Below, one piece after another: positions 1 to 7,335 of a stretch of 64,000 bases of DNA (within the stretch, counting starts at the first letter, position 1; every line of letters starts with the position of its first letter). The translations under genes and the position numbers were made by a program. Origin of the DNA: a virus. Where the stretch lies: the UHGV virus genome UHGV-0033085, one strand, 5' to 3'. The notes under the pieces were generated by a model that saw only the letters and a list, made by a program, of their open reading frames with translations, was not told the DNA's origin and made no database searches.

Positions 1-861
1 AACCTGGCCTCCCGTAATGCAGGCTTTATCAACAAGCGTTTTGACGGCGTGCTGGCAAGCGAACTGGCTGACCCGCAACTGTACAAAACCTTTACTGATG
101 CCGCTGAAGTGATTGGCGAAGCATGGGAAAGCCGCGAATTTGGTAAAGCTATCCGTGAAATCATGGCATTGGCTGACCTGGCTAACCGCTATGTCGATGA
201 ACAGGCTCCGTGGGTGGTGGCGAAGCAGGAAGGACGCGATGCCGATCTGCAGGCGATTTGCTCTATGGGCATTAACCTGTTCCGCGTGCTGATGACGTAC
301 CTGAAGCCGGTACTGCCGAAACTGACTGAACGTGCAGAAGCATTCCTGAATACAGAACTGACCTGGGATGGTATCCAGCAACCGCTGCTGGGCCATAAAG
401 TGAATCCGTTCAAGGCACTGTATAACCGTATCGATATGAAACAGGTGGAAGCACTGGTGGAAGCATCCAAAGAAGAAGTGAAAGCCACAGCCGCACCGGT
501 AACTGGCCCACTGGCTGACGACCCGATTCAGGAAACCATCACCTTTGACGACTTCGCCAAAGTTGACCTGCGTGTGGCGCTGATTGAAAACGCGGAGTTT
601 GTTGAAGGCTCTGACAAACTGCTGCGTCTGACACTGGATCTCGGTGGTGAAAAGCGTAATGTCTTCTCAGGCATCCGTTCTGCTTATCCAGACCCACAGG
701 CACTGATTGGTCGTCATACCATTATGGTGGCTAACCTGGCTCCGCGTAAAATGCGCTTCGGTATCTCTGAAGGCATGGTGATGGCTGCTGGCCCCGGCGG
801 GAAAGATATCTTCCTGTTAAGCCCGGATGCTGGTGCTAAACCAGGCCACCAGGTTAAGTAA
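1..861 (+). CDS. metG: methionine--tRNA ligase MetG, C-terminal part (5-prime end outside window)
   Basis: Frame 1 open from base 1 to TAA 859-861; translation resembles the anticodon-binding and C-terminal tRNA-binding domains of enterobacterial MetRS. Confidence 0.9.
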
Positions 862-883
862 TTAAACAACCTCTCTTCGCAAT

Positions 884-908
884 GCCCGGCAACACGCTGG
901 GCATTTTC
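884..908 (+). terminator. intrinsic terminator of metG
   Basis: GCCCGGC-aacac-GCTGGGC hairpin followed by ATTTT, 23 nt after the metG stop. Confidence 0.6.
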
Positions 909-944
909 ATATAGACACAATCCCTTCTGATTTACACAGTACCT

Positions 945-1010
945 AAAACAATTTGTTTTCTGCCTTTTGTTGTTTGAGATAATAAGCCACATAAGAAAAC
1001 AACTTGTTTT
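945..1010 (+). promoter_or_regulatory. promoter-operator module: palindrome AAAACAattTGTTTT (945-959), -10 GATAAT (about 977-982), palindrome AAAACAactTGTTTT (996-1010)
   Basis: Two copies of a 15-bp palindrome 51 bp apart bracketing a sigma70-like -10 box; RBS and start codon follow within 15 nt. Confidence 0.5.
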
Positions 1011-1022
1011 GGAGTGGTTGAA

Positions 1023-1322
1023 ATGTTGAACATTACCCAAGCCTACCAGGTGGCATTGATCAGTTCATCTCATACATCAGAGGAAGATGCTCGCCGATTC
1101 ATGATCGCAAGCAATGAGCTGGATTGGGTTTCACAAATTGACGGCGGTTGTATTGTCCACGCTGGGTTACAGGATGATGTCTGGAAAGACGACTTGCGTC
1201 GATATGGTATATCCGAAGGCGCGATTGCTAACATTCAGAAAGTACTTGATGTAGGCTTTGACTCTGTACATTTTGATTGTGGTGCACCGGTCGTTGAAGG
1301 GCTTGAGTGCTGGCAATGGTAA
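1023..1322 (+). CDS. hypothetical small protein
   Basis: ORF track 1014..1322; ATG at 1023 directly after operator and GGAG. Confidence 0.5.
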   Translation: MLNITQAYQVALISSSHTSEEDARRFMIASNELDWVSQIDGGCIVHAGLQDDVWKDDLRRYGISEGAIANIQKVLDVGFDSVHFDCGAPVVEGLECWQW

Positions 1323-1358
1323 TCCGGCAATCGCTTCATACTAGATAACGGAGAATTT

Positions 1359-1544
1359 ATGCTTAAAGAAGACTCATATCTACTAAAGGCGCTTGAAATG
1401 CGTGGCGTTGAACCTACAGTGAAAAACGCTCACGATATCTACCTTCAGTTTTCGCCAGAGCTGAAACAGCTCATAAATAAATATGGAGTGAATGACTCCA
1501 GCGTCAAAGCCATGATAGATGATGAATTAGACCATCTCATCTAA
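1359..1544 (+). CDS. hypothetical small protein
   Basis: ORF with GGAG 7 nt upstream of ATG. Confidence 0.5.
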   Translation: MLKEDSYLLKALEMRGVEPTVKNAHDIYLQFSPELKQLINKYGVNDSSVKAMIDDELDHLI

Positions 1545-1656
1545 CCAAACCGTTGATAATGGCGGTCACAATTTGATTCTTTTCTATAAGAATCCGTTGA
1601 TCGCCACTACTCCCCTTCCATGCCTGCAATCACATCCTTAAATATCAATAGGTTAT

Positions 1657-1684
1657 AGTTGTTTATACCAATAAGAAAACAACT
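1657..1684 (+). promoter_or_regulatory. split operator-like inverted repeat AGTTGTTT-N12-AAACAACT
   Basis: Same half-sites as the AAAACA-N3-TGTTTT palindrome but in tail-to-tail arrangement, at the start of the CA-rich unit. Confidence 0.35.
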
Positions 1685-1689
1685 GAATA

Positions 1690-2512
1690 ACAGATCAACG
1701 AAACGTCAACGCTTTCACCCGATTTGGTCTAAAAAATTGACGTTTTCACACATCACTTCTTATACTCGTAATCCTACGCAGCAGACAGCTCCACAGCGTC
1801 CAATTTTCACTACAGACGACTCAACACACTACCAACAAAAACACACGCTCAAAATCGCTCCCGTTACGTTACACAACCATATAAACAACTTATTTTCAGG
1901 CATAACAAAACAACTAAATAACACATATGCCACTCCCCAAAACAACCAACCTCTTTATGGCAGGCTACCGAAAAGACCCACCTCTTCTTCCCAGGCTACC
2001 GGACAGCCAACCTAACTTTCACAGGCAATCCGAAAACATTCATACGCGCGATACCCACGACACGCCATTCCCCAAACAGCGAAGAAACACCAGAATCACT
2101 GAAAACCCAACGAAGCCTGTAACCGCAAGGATTCTCTCAATCCCAAAAGACACGAAACATAACAATCACGGGAAACGCCATTACCCAATACACGAATAAC
2201 TACAAAAGCCCTTCACGCACTCCAGACAAACAACTCAAACACAACAACGAAAGGAATCGCCCACCTGCCATTACTCCATACATGGAGAAGAACAATCACC
2301 AAAACGACGAGAACACCCCATAGAAGAACCACCGCAAAACGAACGAAACCACATACACCGACAGAGAAAACAACACACCCAATTCACCAACAGAAATAGT
2401 CGCCGTATAGAACATTCTGGAAGGAGTGAGCATTAACGCCTATAGAGAGGTTGAGACAGATAAAACACAACATGCATAGCGAAGAAGCCAGGTATGTATA
2501 AGTGGGGAGGGA
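1690..2512 (+). ncRNA. candidate non-coding CA-rich, G-depleted transcript unit
   Basis: About 0.8 kb where the + strand is almost only A and C; lies between an operator-bearing promoter region and a terminator; overlapping ORFs are low-complexity without RBS. Confidence 0.3.
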
Positions 2513-2536
2513 AGGAGGGGTGTCGCCTCCTTTTTC
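2513..2536 (+). terminator. intrinsic terminator
   Basis: AGGAGG-ggtgtcg-CCTCCT hairpin followed by TTTTT. Confidence 0.55.
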
Positions 2537-2596
2537 GTATTTATTCAACTCCTGATTTTGTCCCCCGTAACACCCCTACGGTCAGCCTTCGGTCCA

Positions 2597-2733
2597 TACA
2601 GGGAAAAGGCTGCATCCCGCTACAGAAACGGCTGGGTTGCCTTCGGGGAACGGCTGGAGGTTTTCAGGGAAACGGTCGAGTTGCCTGTGTGGATTTCGGG
2701 AAAAGGCTCGATGCCGGTTCAGGAACGGCGGCG
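2597..2733 (+). repeat. iteron-like direct repeat array (six copies, consensus TTCAGGGAAACGGCTG)
   Basis: Copies starting about 2599, 2623, 2645, 2665, 2695, 2719; spacing 21-30 bp. Confidence 0.6.
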
Positions 2734-3066
2734 TACCGGTATAGCGTGAGGGAGAGTTTCGGCTACCCACCTGCAATGTGCGGGAAGAAGAGAGGCGCTC
2801 ACGTGCAGGCGGACTAACTTACCGTTGGACTCCCTTTGAATGCCCAACTACAGCGTAATTGTGCCAGAGAGTCAGCGGGTCACAATCGATTTCAGTAGGT
2901 TTTCGGGGAGAGGATTATTCTGCCCACCAGCCACCTTCGGCCACTAAATCAGAATAATGTAAAAAGTGTACTCGGTACTGAACCTGAAAACTCACTGCCA
3001 AAACCACATTCACCGGAATAAAATCCTTTTTCACCTGTGCGTTATTACGATAATAACACCAACAAG

Positions 3067-3081
3067 AAAACATGTTGTTTA
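3067..3081 (+). promoter_or_regulatory. operator palindrome AAAACAtgtTGTTTA downstream of a GATAAT -10
   Basis: Member of the AAGAAAACA-N3-TGTTT family; overlaps the first ATG of the downstream ORF. Confidence 0.45.
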
Positions 3082-3422
3082 AGAATTGCTTTATGTTTGC
3101 AAATATCGACATCAACCAAATCAAGAAATTGACTCAAAAAGAGTTTGACCAGTTCTATGAGCTGGAAGGTTGGTCTTCCACTCTGATTAATTCAAGATGG
3201 GTGCTGGAGCTGATGACTCGTGATGATGCACCTGCTTTGATGATCAGCGACCTGGGTGAAGATGCTGACTTTATGGATATGAGCGAATTTTGTGTGGACA
3301 CATACAACCGCAGCCAGAAGTACTACTTCACATGCGATAGCGAGAACGACGTGATTTCTAAGGTCTATCTTCACCTTGTCCAGCATTGGGACGTTCAGGA
3401 GTTTCTTGAAGTATTCGAGTAA
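3072..3422 (+). CDS. hypothetical acidic protein
   Basis: ORF track; start uncertain (ATG 3072 or 3096). Confidence 0.45.
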   Translation: MLFKNCFMFANIDINQIKKLTQKEFDQFYELEGWSSTLINSRWVLELMTRDDAPALMISDLGEDADFMDMSEFCVDTYNRSQKYYFTCDSENDVISKVYLHLVQHWDVQEFLEVFE

Positions 3423-3551
3423 ACCCAACCAAAGCCAGCAATGCTGGCTTAACTTCATCTATAGCCGCAGGGAAGAACCTGCATATCGCTCATGCACCTG
3501 ATCAATATGCTTTGTAGCCGTTTTCTTACTGGTATTATTTACGCCATTGAG

Positions 3552-3566
3552 AAAACAAGTTGTTTA
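3552..3566 (+). promoter_or_regulatory. operator palindrome AAAACAagtTGTTTA
   Basis: Family member 13 nt after a TATTAT -10-like box; followed by GGAG and ATG 3577. Confidence 0.45.
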
Positions 3567-3576
3567 CGGAGTTGTG

Positions 3577-3888
3577 ATGAAAAAATCATTGGTTCTTGGT
3601 CTGGACAAAGACCAGAAGAGAAAAGAGAAGCCTGCACTGGTTGCTCAATTAACTTTGCTGGACATCGTTGCCAATGGGACCTCTATTCGTCTGTTCCGTG
3701 AAACAGCGGTGTCTTTCGATAAAAACACCTTTACTCGTTATGTAATGAATGTTCGTCGCCAGCGTGGAAAAGGCTGGGTGGCATTTCAAAGAATGTGGCC
3801 GGAACATCAGCTCGAACTGGCTTTGATGGAAGTTAACCGCGTGGCCCAGCAAGAGATTCAGAGAGCATCAGTGATGGCAATAGCCTGA
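3577..3888 (+). CDS. hypothetical basic protein
   Basis: ORF track 3547..3888; ATG 3577 preceded by ACGGAG. Confidence 0.5.
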   Translation: MKKSLVLGLDKDQKRKEKPALVAQLTLLDIVANGTSIRLFRETAVSFDKNTFTRYVMNVRRQRGKGWVAFQRMWPEHQLELALMEVNRVAQQEIQRASVMAIA

Positions 3889-3923
3889 TAATGTGCAAGT
3901 GGCAATTAGTCGACAGTACGACA

Positions 3924-3950
3924 GCCCCGCCATCCTTACGGGGCTTTTTT
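3924..3950 (+). terminator. intrinsic terminator
   Basis: GCCCCG-N9-CGGGGC hairpin plus T6. Confidence 0.65.
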
Positions 3951-3955
3951 GTATT

Positions 3956-3971
3956 GTAAGTACATACTTAC
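3956..3971 (+). promoter_or_regulatory. TAAGTA box (GTAAGTACATACTTAC)
   Basis: Member of the recurrent GATAAGTAAGTA / TAAGTA-N-TACTTA family, 44 nt upstream of ATG 4015. Confidence 0.4.
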
Positions 3972-4014
3972 GATCATAGAATAGAAAAATAACCAATACA
4001 CTACGGAGAGTGAA

Positions 4015-4410
4015 ATGACCGTTAAACGCGAAAAACTGACAGTTGATGTTTACTATGCCTCTGAAACCGCCGAAGGTAAGAATGTGGCAAAAATCACCGT
4101 TGTTACGTACAACACCGAAACTGGTGCCGAAGTCCAGGCCAGTACGATCGTGCGTAAAGGTGATGCCTCCGGCGGCGAGTACGCGACTCAATACCAGTCC
4201 ATTCTCGATGCAACTGACCCGCTGCTGCTGAAAATCGAGAACTACTTCCGCCAGGTTGATGAAGAGGTGTTTGAAACCATGATGAGTATGGTTAATTCCG
4301 TATTCACCTCCAGCCTGAACACCAGCACCACCTGGATTGGCCAGTACGGTCTGCGTATTACCTCCGGCATTCCTGCTGACACCTTAATCCCTGAAAGCGT
4401 ATTCGCTTAA
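4015..4410 (+). CDS. hypothetical protein
   Basis: ORF with ACGGAGAG RBS. Confidence 0.55.
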   Translation: MTVKREKLTVDVYYASETAEGKNVAKITVVTYNTETGAEVQASTIVRKGDASGGEYATQYQSILDATDPLLLKIENYFRQVDEEVFETMMSMVNSVFTSSLNTSTTWIGQYGLRITSGIPADTLIPESVFA

Positions 4411-4419
4411 TCCTCTTTA

Positions 4420-4446
4420 AATGGCGCGTAAACCGCGCCATTTTCT
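4420..4446 (+). terminator. intrinsic terminator
   Basis: AATGGCGCG-taaac-CGCGCCATT hairpin followed by TTTC. Confidence 0.6.
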
Positions 4447-4454
4447 TATGCCCG

Positions 4455-4520
4455 ATAACAATTTGTTTTCTGCCTTTATCTTACTGCGATAATTACAACA
4501 ACAAGAAAACAACGTGTTTA
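4455..4520 (+). promoter_or_regulatory. promoter-operator module: ATAACAattTGTTTT (4455-4469), -10 GATAAT (4488-4493), AAAACAacgTGTTTA (4506-4520)
   Basis: Near-duplicate of the 945-1010 module, including the shared TTTGTTTTCTGCC string. Confidence 0.5.
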
Positions 4521-4537
4521 TTAGGTGGTGAAATAAT

Positions 4538-4690
4538 ATGGAATACATTGTTACTGTCGCTTCGTCAGATCGGGAGTCGTTACTTGAGGCTATCAGAAGC
4601 ATGGAAAACATCATCATGTCAGAGCAGGAGCTTAATGGTTATCTTGAGATGGATGATTTTTCTATCAAAATGGAGGTGAAGAATGACTGA
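4538..4690 (+). CDS. hypothetical small protein (50 aa)
   Basis: Not in ORF track (under 60 aa); AGGTGG RBS; stop overlaps next start (ATGA). Confidence 0.35.
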   Translation: MEYIVTVASSDRESLLEAIRSMENIIMSEQELNGYLEMDDFSIKMEVKND

Positions 4691-4964
4691 CTTCACCATT
4701 ACCCCTAAAGCACAAAATGTATTTCTTGAATCATGGCTGGACTTGCCGGAAACAGAACAGCAAGAAATGGATCATGTGGAATATGACGAGCAGGTAAGCA
4801 CGCGATTCTTCCACTTTGAGGGCTGCGTTTACGACATTGCCGACTTCATGCGAGATGACCGCTTCCCTGAATGGCACGCCAGTTATCCACTAAACGCCTT
4901 CGCCATGCTGATGATCCGTGTGGATGATTCAGGGGATACCATCGACATCGGTCTGCTCCACTAA
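4683..4964 (+). CDS. hypothetical protein
   Basis: ORF track; start overlaps upstream small ORF. Confidence 0.5.
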   Translation: MTDFTITPKAQNVFLESWLDLPETEQQEMDHVEYDEQVSTRFFHFEGCVYDIADFMRDDRFPEWHASYPLNAFAMLMIRVDDSGDTIDIGLLH

Positions 4965-4969
4965 AGAGT

Positions 4970-4993
4970 AAGGCCACCAATGCTGGTGGCCTT
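4970..4993 (+). terminator. conserved GC-rich hairpin AAGGCCACCA-atgc-TGGTGGCCTT (terminator-like, no U-run)
   Basis: Perfect 10-bp stem right after the stop codon; near-identical copy at 6039-6062. Confidence 0.4.
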
Positions 4994-5064
4994 AAATGAC
5001 AACACTTTGCCTTACTTCCTGATAGTAGCCTTATAAATCTTCTTTTTAGCCTATTTCATTCAGC

Positions 5065-5086
5065 GATAATTATCACATCGAAAACA
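5065..5086 (+). promoter_or_regulatory. GATAAT -10 plus AAAACAA half-site
   Basis: Same GATAAT-N10-AAAACA spacing as the other modules but only one half-site. Confidence 0.35.
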
Positions 5087-5101
5087 AACGAGGAATTAAA
5101 A

Positions 5102-6034
5102 ATGAAACCAGTATTTTTGGGACAAATTGACATTAGTGAATTGTTTTCAGTTAAAGATGGGTCCCAATATGACTGTGATTGCCTTGAACTTAATGGTCTT
5201 GAATATGAATACAGATTGGCTATTGTGAATGATGGTAAGAAGACATTTTCTGTCGAATGTTTTAAAAATACTTACTTTAAGCATGTGTTGAGAATAAGAC
5301 AGCGTGTGGAGATGTCAATTCGGGAAAACATCAAAAATAAATGTGAGTTTCTTGCGATTAAAAATGAAATAGATGCAATAAACTTTGTTACGTTCACTGA
5401 TAGTGGTCGATTGGCTATGCTGGAGCTATTTCATCTGATCGTTTCTAATAACAGTATAACAGAAGCCTTGATCAGTCTTTCAACTATAGTATCAAAAGAA
5501 AGAGAACACACTGGCGCTTTAATTGTAGAGAAGCTAGGTGGAATACTCGAGAAGATCAAAAATAAAGAGTTGATTATAGAATATGGCAAGGAAAGTAGAA
5601 AAAATAATTTACATTCAGCTTTTCGTTCCCCATATGTTGAGCGTTTAAATGGTTCGGCATCTTTTGTTAATTTAGAGTTTAATAGATTCTTTAGTTCTCT
5701 TTTTACAGAGTATGGAATTGTTATTGTGGAGGTAAATAATGAGAATGATGTGCCAAAAATCATAGTGCATTCGATGCCGGATATCCCTTTCAATGAGATT
5801 GAGAACAAACTGGAGATTTTAGACGATATAAATACAAAAAGCATGGAAGAACTCATAGAGTATCTGGCCGTAGATGCGGTAGCTATGGCTGATAATGATG
5901 TGTTTGGGGTTGGTGCACTGCATGAAGGCTATCTTGACGCCCTTGAACTTTACGGGACTGCTCGCTGGTTTCTGTCAGGATTAGTGGATGATGCGCCTTT
6001 ACTCATCAATACAGATTATTCTTATTCCAGTTGA
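5102..6034 (+). CDS. hypothetical protein (310 aa), AT-rich gene
   Basis: Long ORF with GAGG RBS; base composition clearly more AT-rich than flanks. Confidence 0.55.
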   Translation: MKPVFLGQIDISELFSVKDGSQYDCDCLELNGLEYEYRLAIVNDGKKTFSVECFKNTYFKHVLRIRQRVEMSIRENIKNKCEFLAIKNEIDAINFVTFTDSGRLAMLELFHLIVSNNSITEALISLSTIVSKEREHTGALIVEKLGGILEKIKNKELIIEYGKESRKNNLHSAFRSPYVERLNGSASFVNLEFNRFFSSLFTEYGIVIVEVNNENDVPKIIVHSMPDIPFNEIENKLEILDDINTKSMEELIEYLAVDAVAMADNDVFGVGALHEGYLDALELYGTARWFLSGLVDDAPLLINTDYSYSS

Positions 6035-6038
6035 AAAC

Positions 6039-6062
6039 AAGGCCACCAGCAGTGGTGGCCTT
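6039..6062 (+). terminator. conserved GC-rich hairpin AAGGCCACCA-gcag-TGGTGGCCTT
   Basis: Second copy of the 4970-4993 hairpin with a different loop. Confidence 0.4.
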
Positions 6063-6203
6063 AAATGACCATCCTGTTTCCCGCAGGCTAAAAACACCAA
6101 CCTCTTACCTCCAGGCAACCGACAAACCCACCTGTTCCCGTCCGGCTACCGCAACTTTCCACTTTGACGCCTTATTCGTACAACGATAATTAACACAAAC
6201 AAG

Positions 6204-6218
6204 AAAACAATTTGTTAT
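6204..6218 (+). promoter_or_regulatory. operator palindrome AAAACAattTGTTAT downstream of GATAAT -10
   Basis: Family member; TTGACG -35-like and GATAAT upstream; GAGGA RBS downstream. Confidence 0.45.
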
Positions 6219-6237
6219 TTACGATGAGGAATTAATC

Positions 6238-6720
6238 ATGAACTTTATCGCTACTGTAAACGCACCCGCACATGGCAATATCGCTGTAACGTTCTCTGAC
6301 ATTGAAAAACGAGTACTTGGTGCATGGCGCGACAATGAGACGGTAGAACTGTCAGCACAAGAAAAATGCATTATTGCACGCGACATCATTGGCAATCGTC
6401 GTTACTCGCGGGTATTTGAGAAAGCGTATGTGGTAAATTCTGGATTCGGAACGTTCGTCTTTCCGGTGCGCTCCGGGCGATTCTGCCAGTCCAAGCTGAT
6501 TGAGTTCGCTACGCAGATTTCTGTCTGGATTAAAACTCAATCGTCGTTCAAATTTTCCGACGATGAAGCAGTATCGCAGGGGATGCGGATCGCCAACAAT
6601 GCGATTAAATGCAAAAACATTACGTATACCGCTGGCGTTGACACATGGAAACTGTTTTGCGCTAACTTTATGCTGAATGTATACGCAAGCAACCGCATCC
6701 ACATCCTTGATGGCGTGTAA
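6238..6720 (+). CDS. hypothetical protein
   Basis: ORF track with RBS. Confidence 0.55.
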   Translation: MNFIATVNAPAHGNIAVTFSDIEKRVLGAWRDNETVELSAQEKCIIARDIIGNRRYSRVFEKAYVVNSGFGTFVFPVRSGRFCQSKLIEFATQISVWIKTQSSFKFSDDEAVSQGMRIANNAIKCKNITYTAGVDTWKLFCANFMLNVYASNRIHILDGV

Positions 6721-6729
6721 CTGAGAAGA

Positions 6730-6750
6730 GGGCCAGAAACGGCCCTTTCT
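6730..6750 (+). terminator. intrinsic terminator
   Basis: GGGCC-agaaac-GGCCC hairpin plus TTTCT. Confidence 0.5.
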
Positions 6751-6769
6751 CTATAGCCACCAGCTGCCG

Positions 6770-6890
6770 CAGGGAAATTTTCAGAAACGGCGAGGAACGT
6801 ATTCATGAGCCGACGGGGAACGGCCAGGATTTTTTCGGGAAACGGCTGCATTCGCCTTTATGTAGAAAAACATCGGGAAGCTGGTGGAAT
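6770..6890 (+). repeat. second iteron-like array (CAGGGAAA / CAGAAACGGC / GGGGAACGGCC / GGGAAACGGCTG / GGGAAGCTGG)
   Basis: Same repeat family as 2597-2733. Confidence 0.5.
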
Positions 6891-6972
6891 CCAACCAGCG
6901 GTTGTCGGACAGGTGAGCGGGGAAAATCATGATGACTTTCGTCGCCTGAGACATCCAGATTTCTTTCGTAGC

Positions 6973-7017
6973 ATAATCACATACGTGATTAAGTGGTGTG
7001 ATTATGTGAAAAATCAC
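6973..7017. repeat. cluster of inverted GTGATT / AATCAC hexamers
   Basis: ATAATCACATACGTGATTAAGTGGTGTGATTATGTGAAAAATCAC; five hexamer copies in 45 bp. Confidence 0.4.
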
Positions 7018-7311
7018 GCGCACATAATACGCGAGCGGATACGGAACAAAACAAAATGCCGATCCGCGCCGACAAATAAACGCGGATCATAAAGCAAGAC
7101 TAAAAGCCAATGATTAACCATACTCTATAGCGCAATATAACGCGTTTTAAGCGCGTTAATATGTTAAGTAATGGGTATGTACTGGTAAGGATATAAAAGC
7201 GCGTCTATGGCGTTATTTTGGCGCTTATTTTTATGTTGTTGGAGTGAGTTAAAGACAATAAAAAACGCGCTAATGATGGCGCGTTATGGTGGGAGTATTG
7301 GAAACGAAAAA

Positions 7312-7330
7312 AGCGCCCATAGTGGGCGCT
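7312..7330 (-). terminator. terminator hairpin AGCGCCCA-tag-TGGGCGCT for the leftward operon
   Basis: Hairpin flanked by A-run and T-run just past the stop of 7336..7566; identical copy at 7820-7838. Confidence 0.55.
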
Positions 7331-7335
7331 CGATT

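Noticed and set aside
861-945. Attachment-site core at the metG junction
   Set aside because: No direct repeat partner can be found because the other end of the element lies outside the window; left as an open question.
189-1040. Antisense ORFs 189..488 and 714..1040
   Set aside because: Lie opposite the well-supported metG frame and its terminator.
1659-2199. ORFs 1659..2015 and 1927..2199 in the CA-rich region
   Set aside because: Low-complexity P/T/Q/N/H-rich translations, no RBS, any frame of a G-depleted sequence stays open; more likely non-coding.
2597-2733. CRISPR array or type III toxin-antitoxin RNA repeats
   Set aside because: Repeat units are only about 12-16 bp with variable spacing and no unique spacers; no cas gene or ToxN-like gene adjacent.
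2494-2817. ORFs 2494..2817, 2558..2749 and 2582..2776 over the iteron array
   Set aside because: They are read through a terminator hairpin and the direct repeats; three mutually overlapping frames; no RBS.
6805-7092. ORF 6805..7092 and neighbouring short ORFs 6537..7023
   Set aside because: Overlap the second iteron array and hexamer cluster; no RBS; mutually overlapping on both strands.
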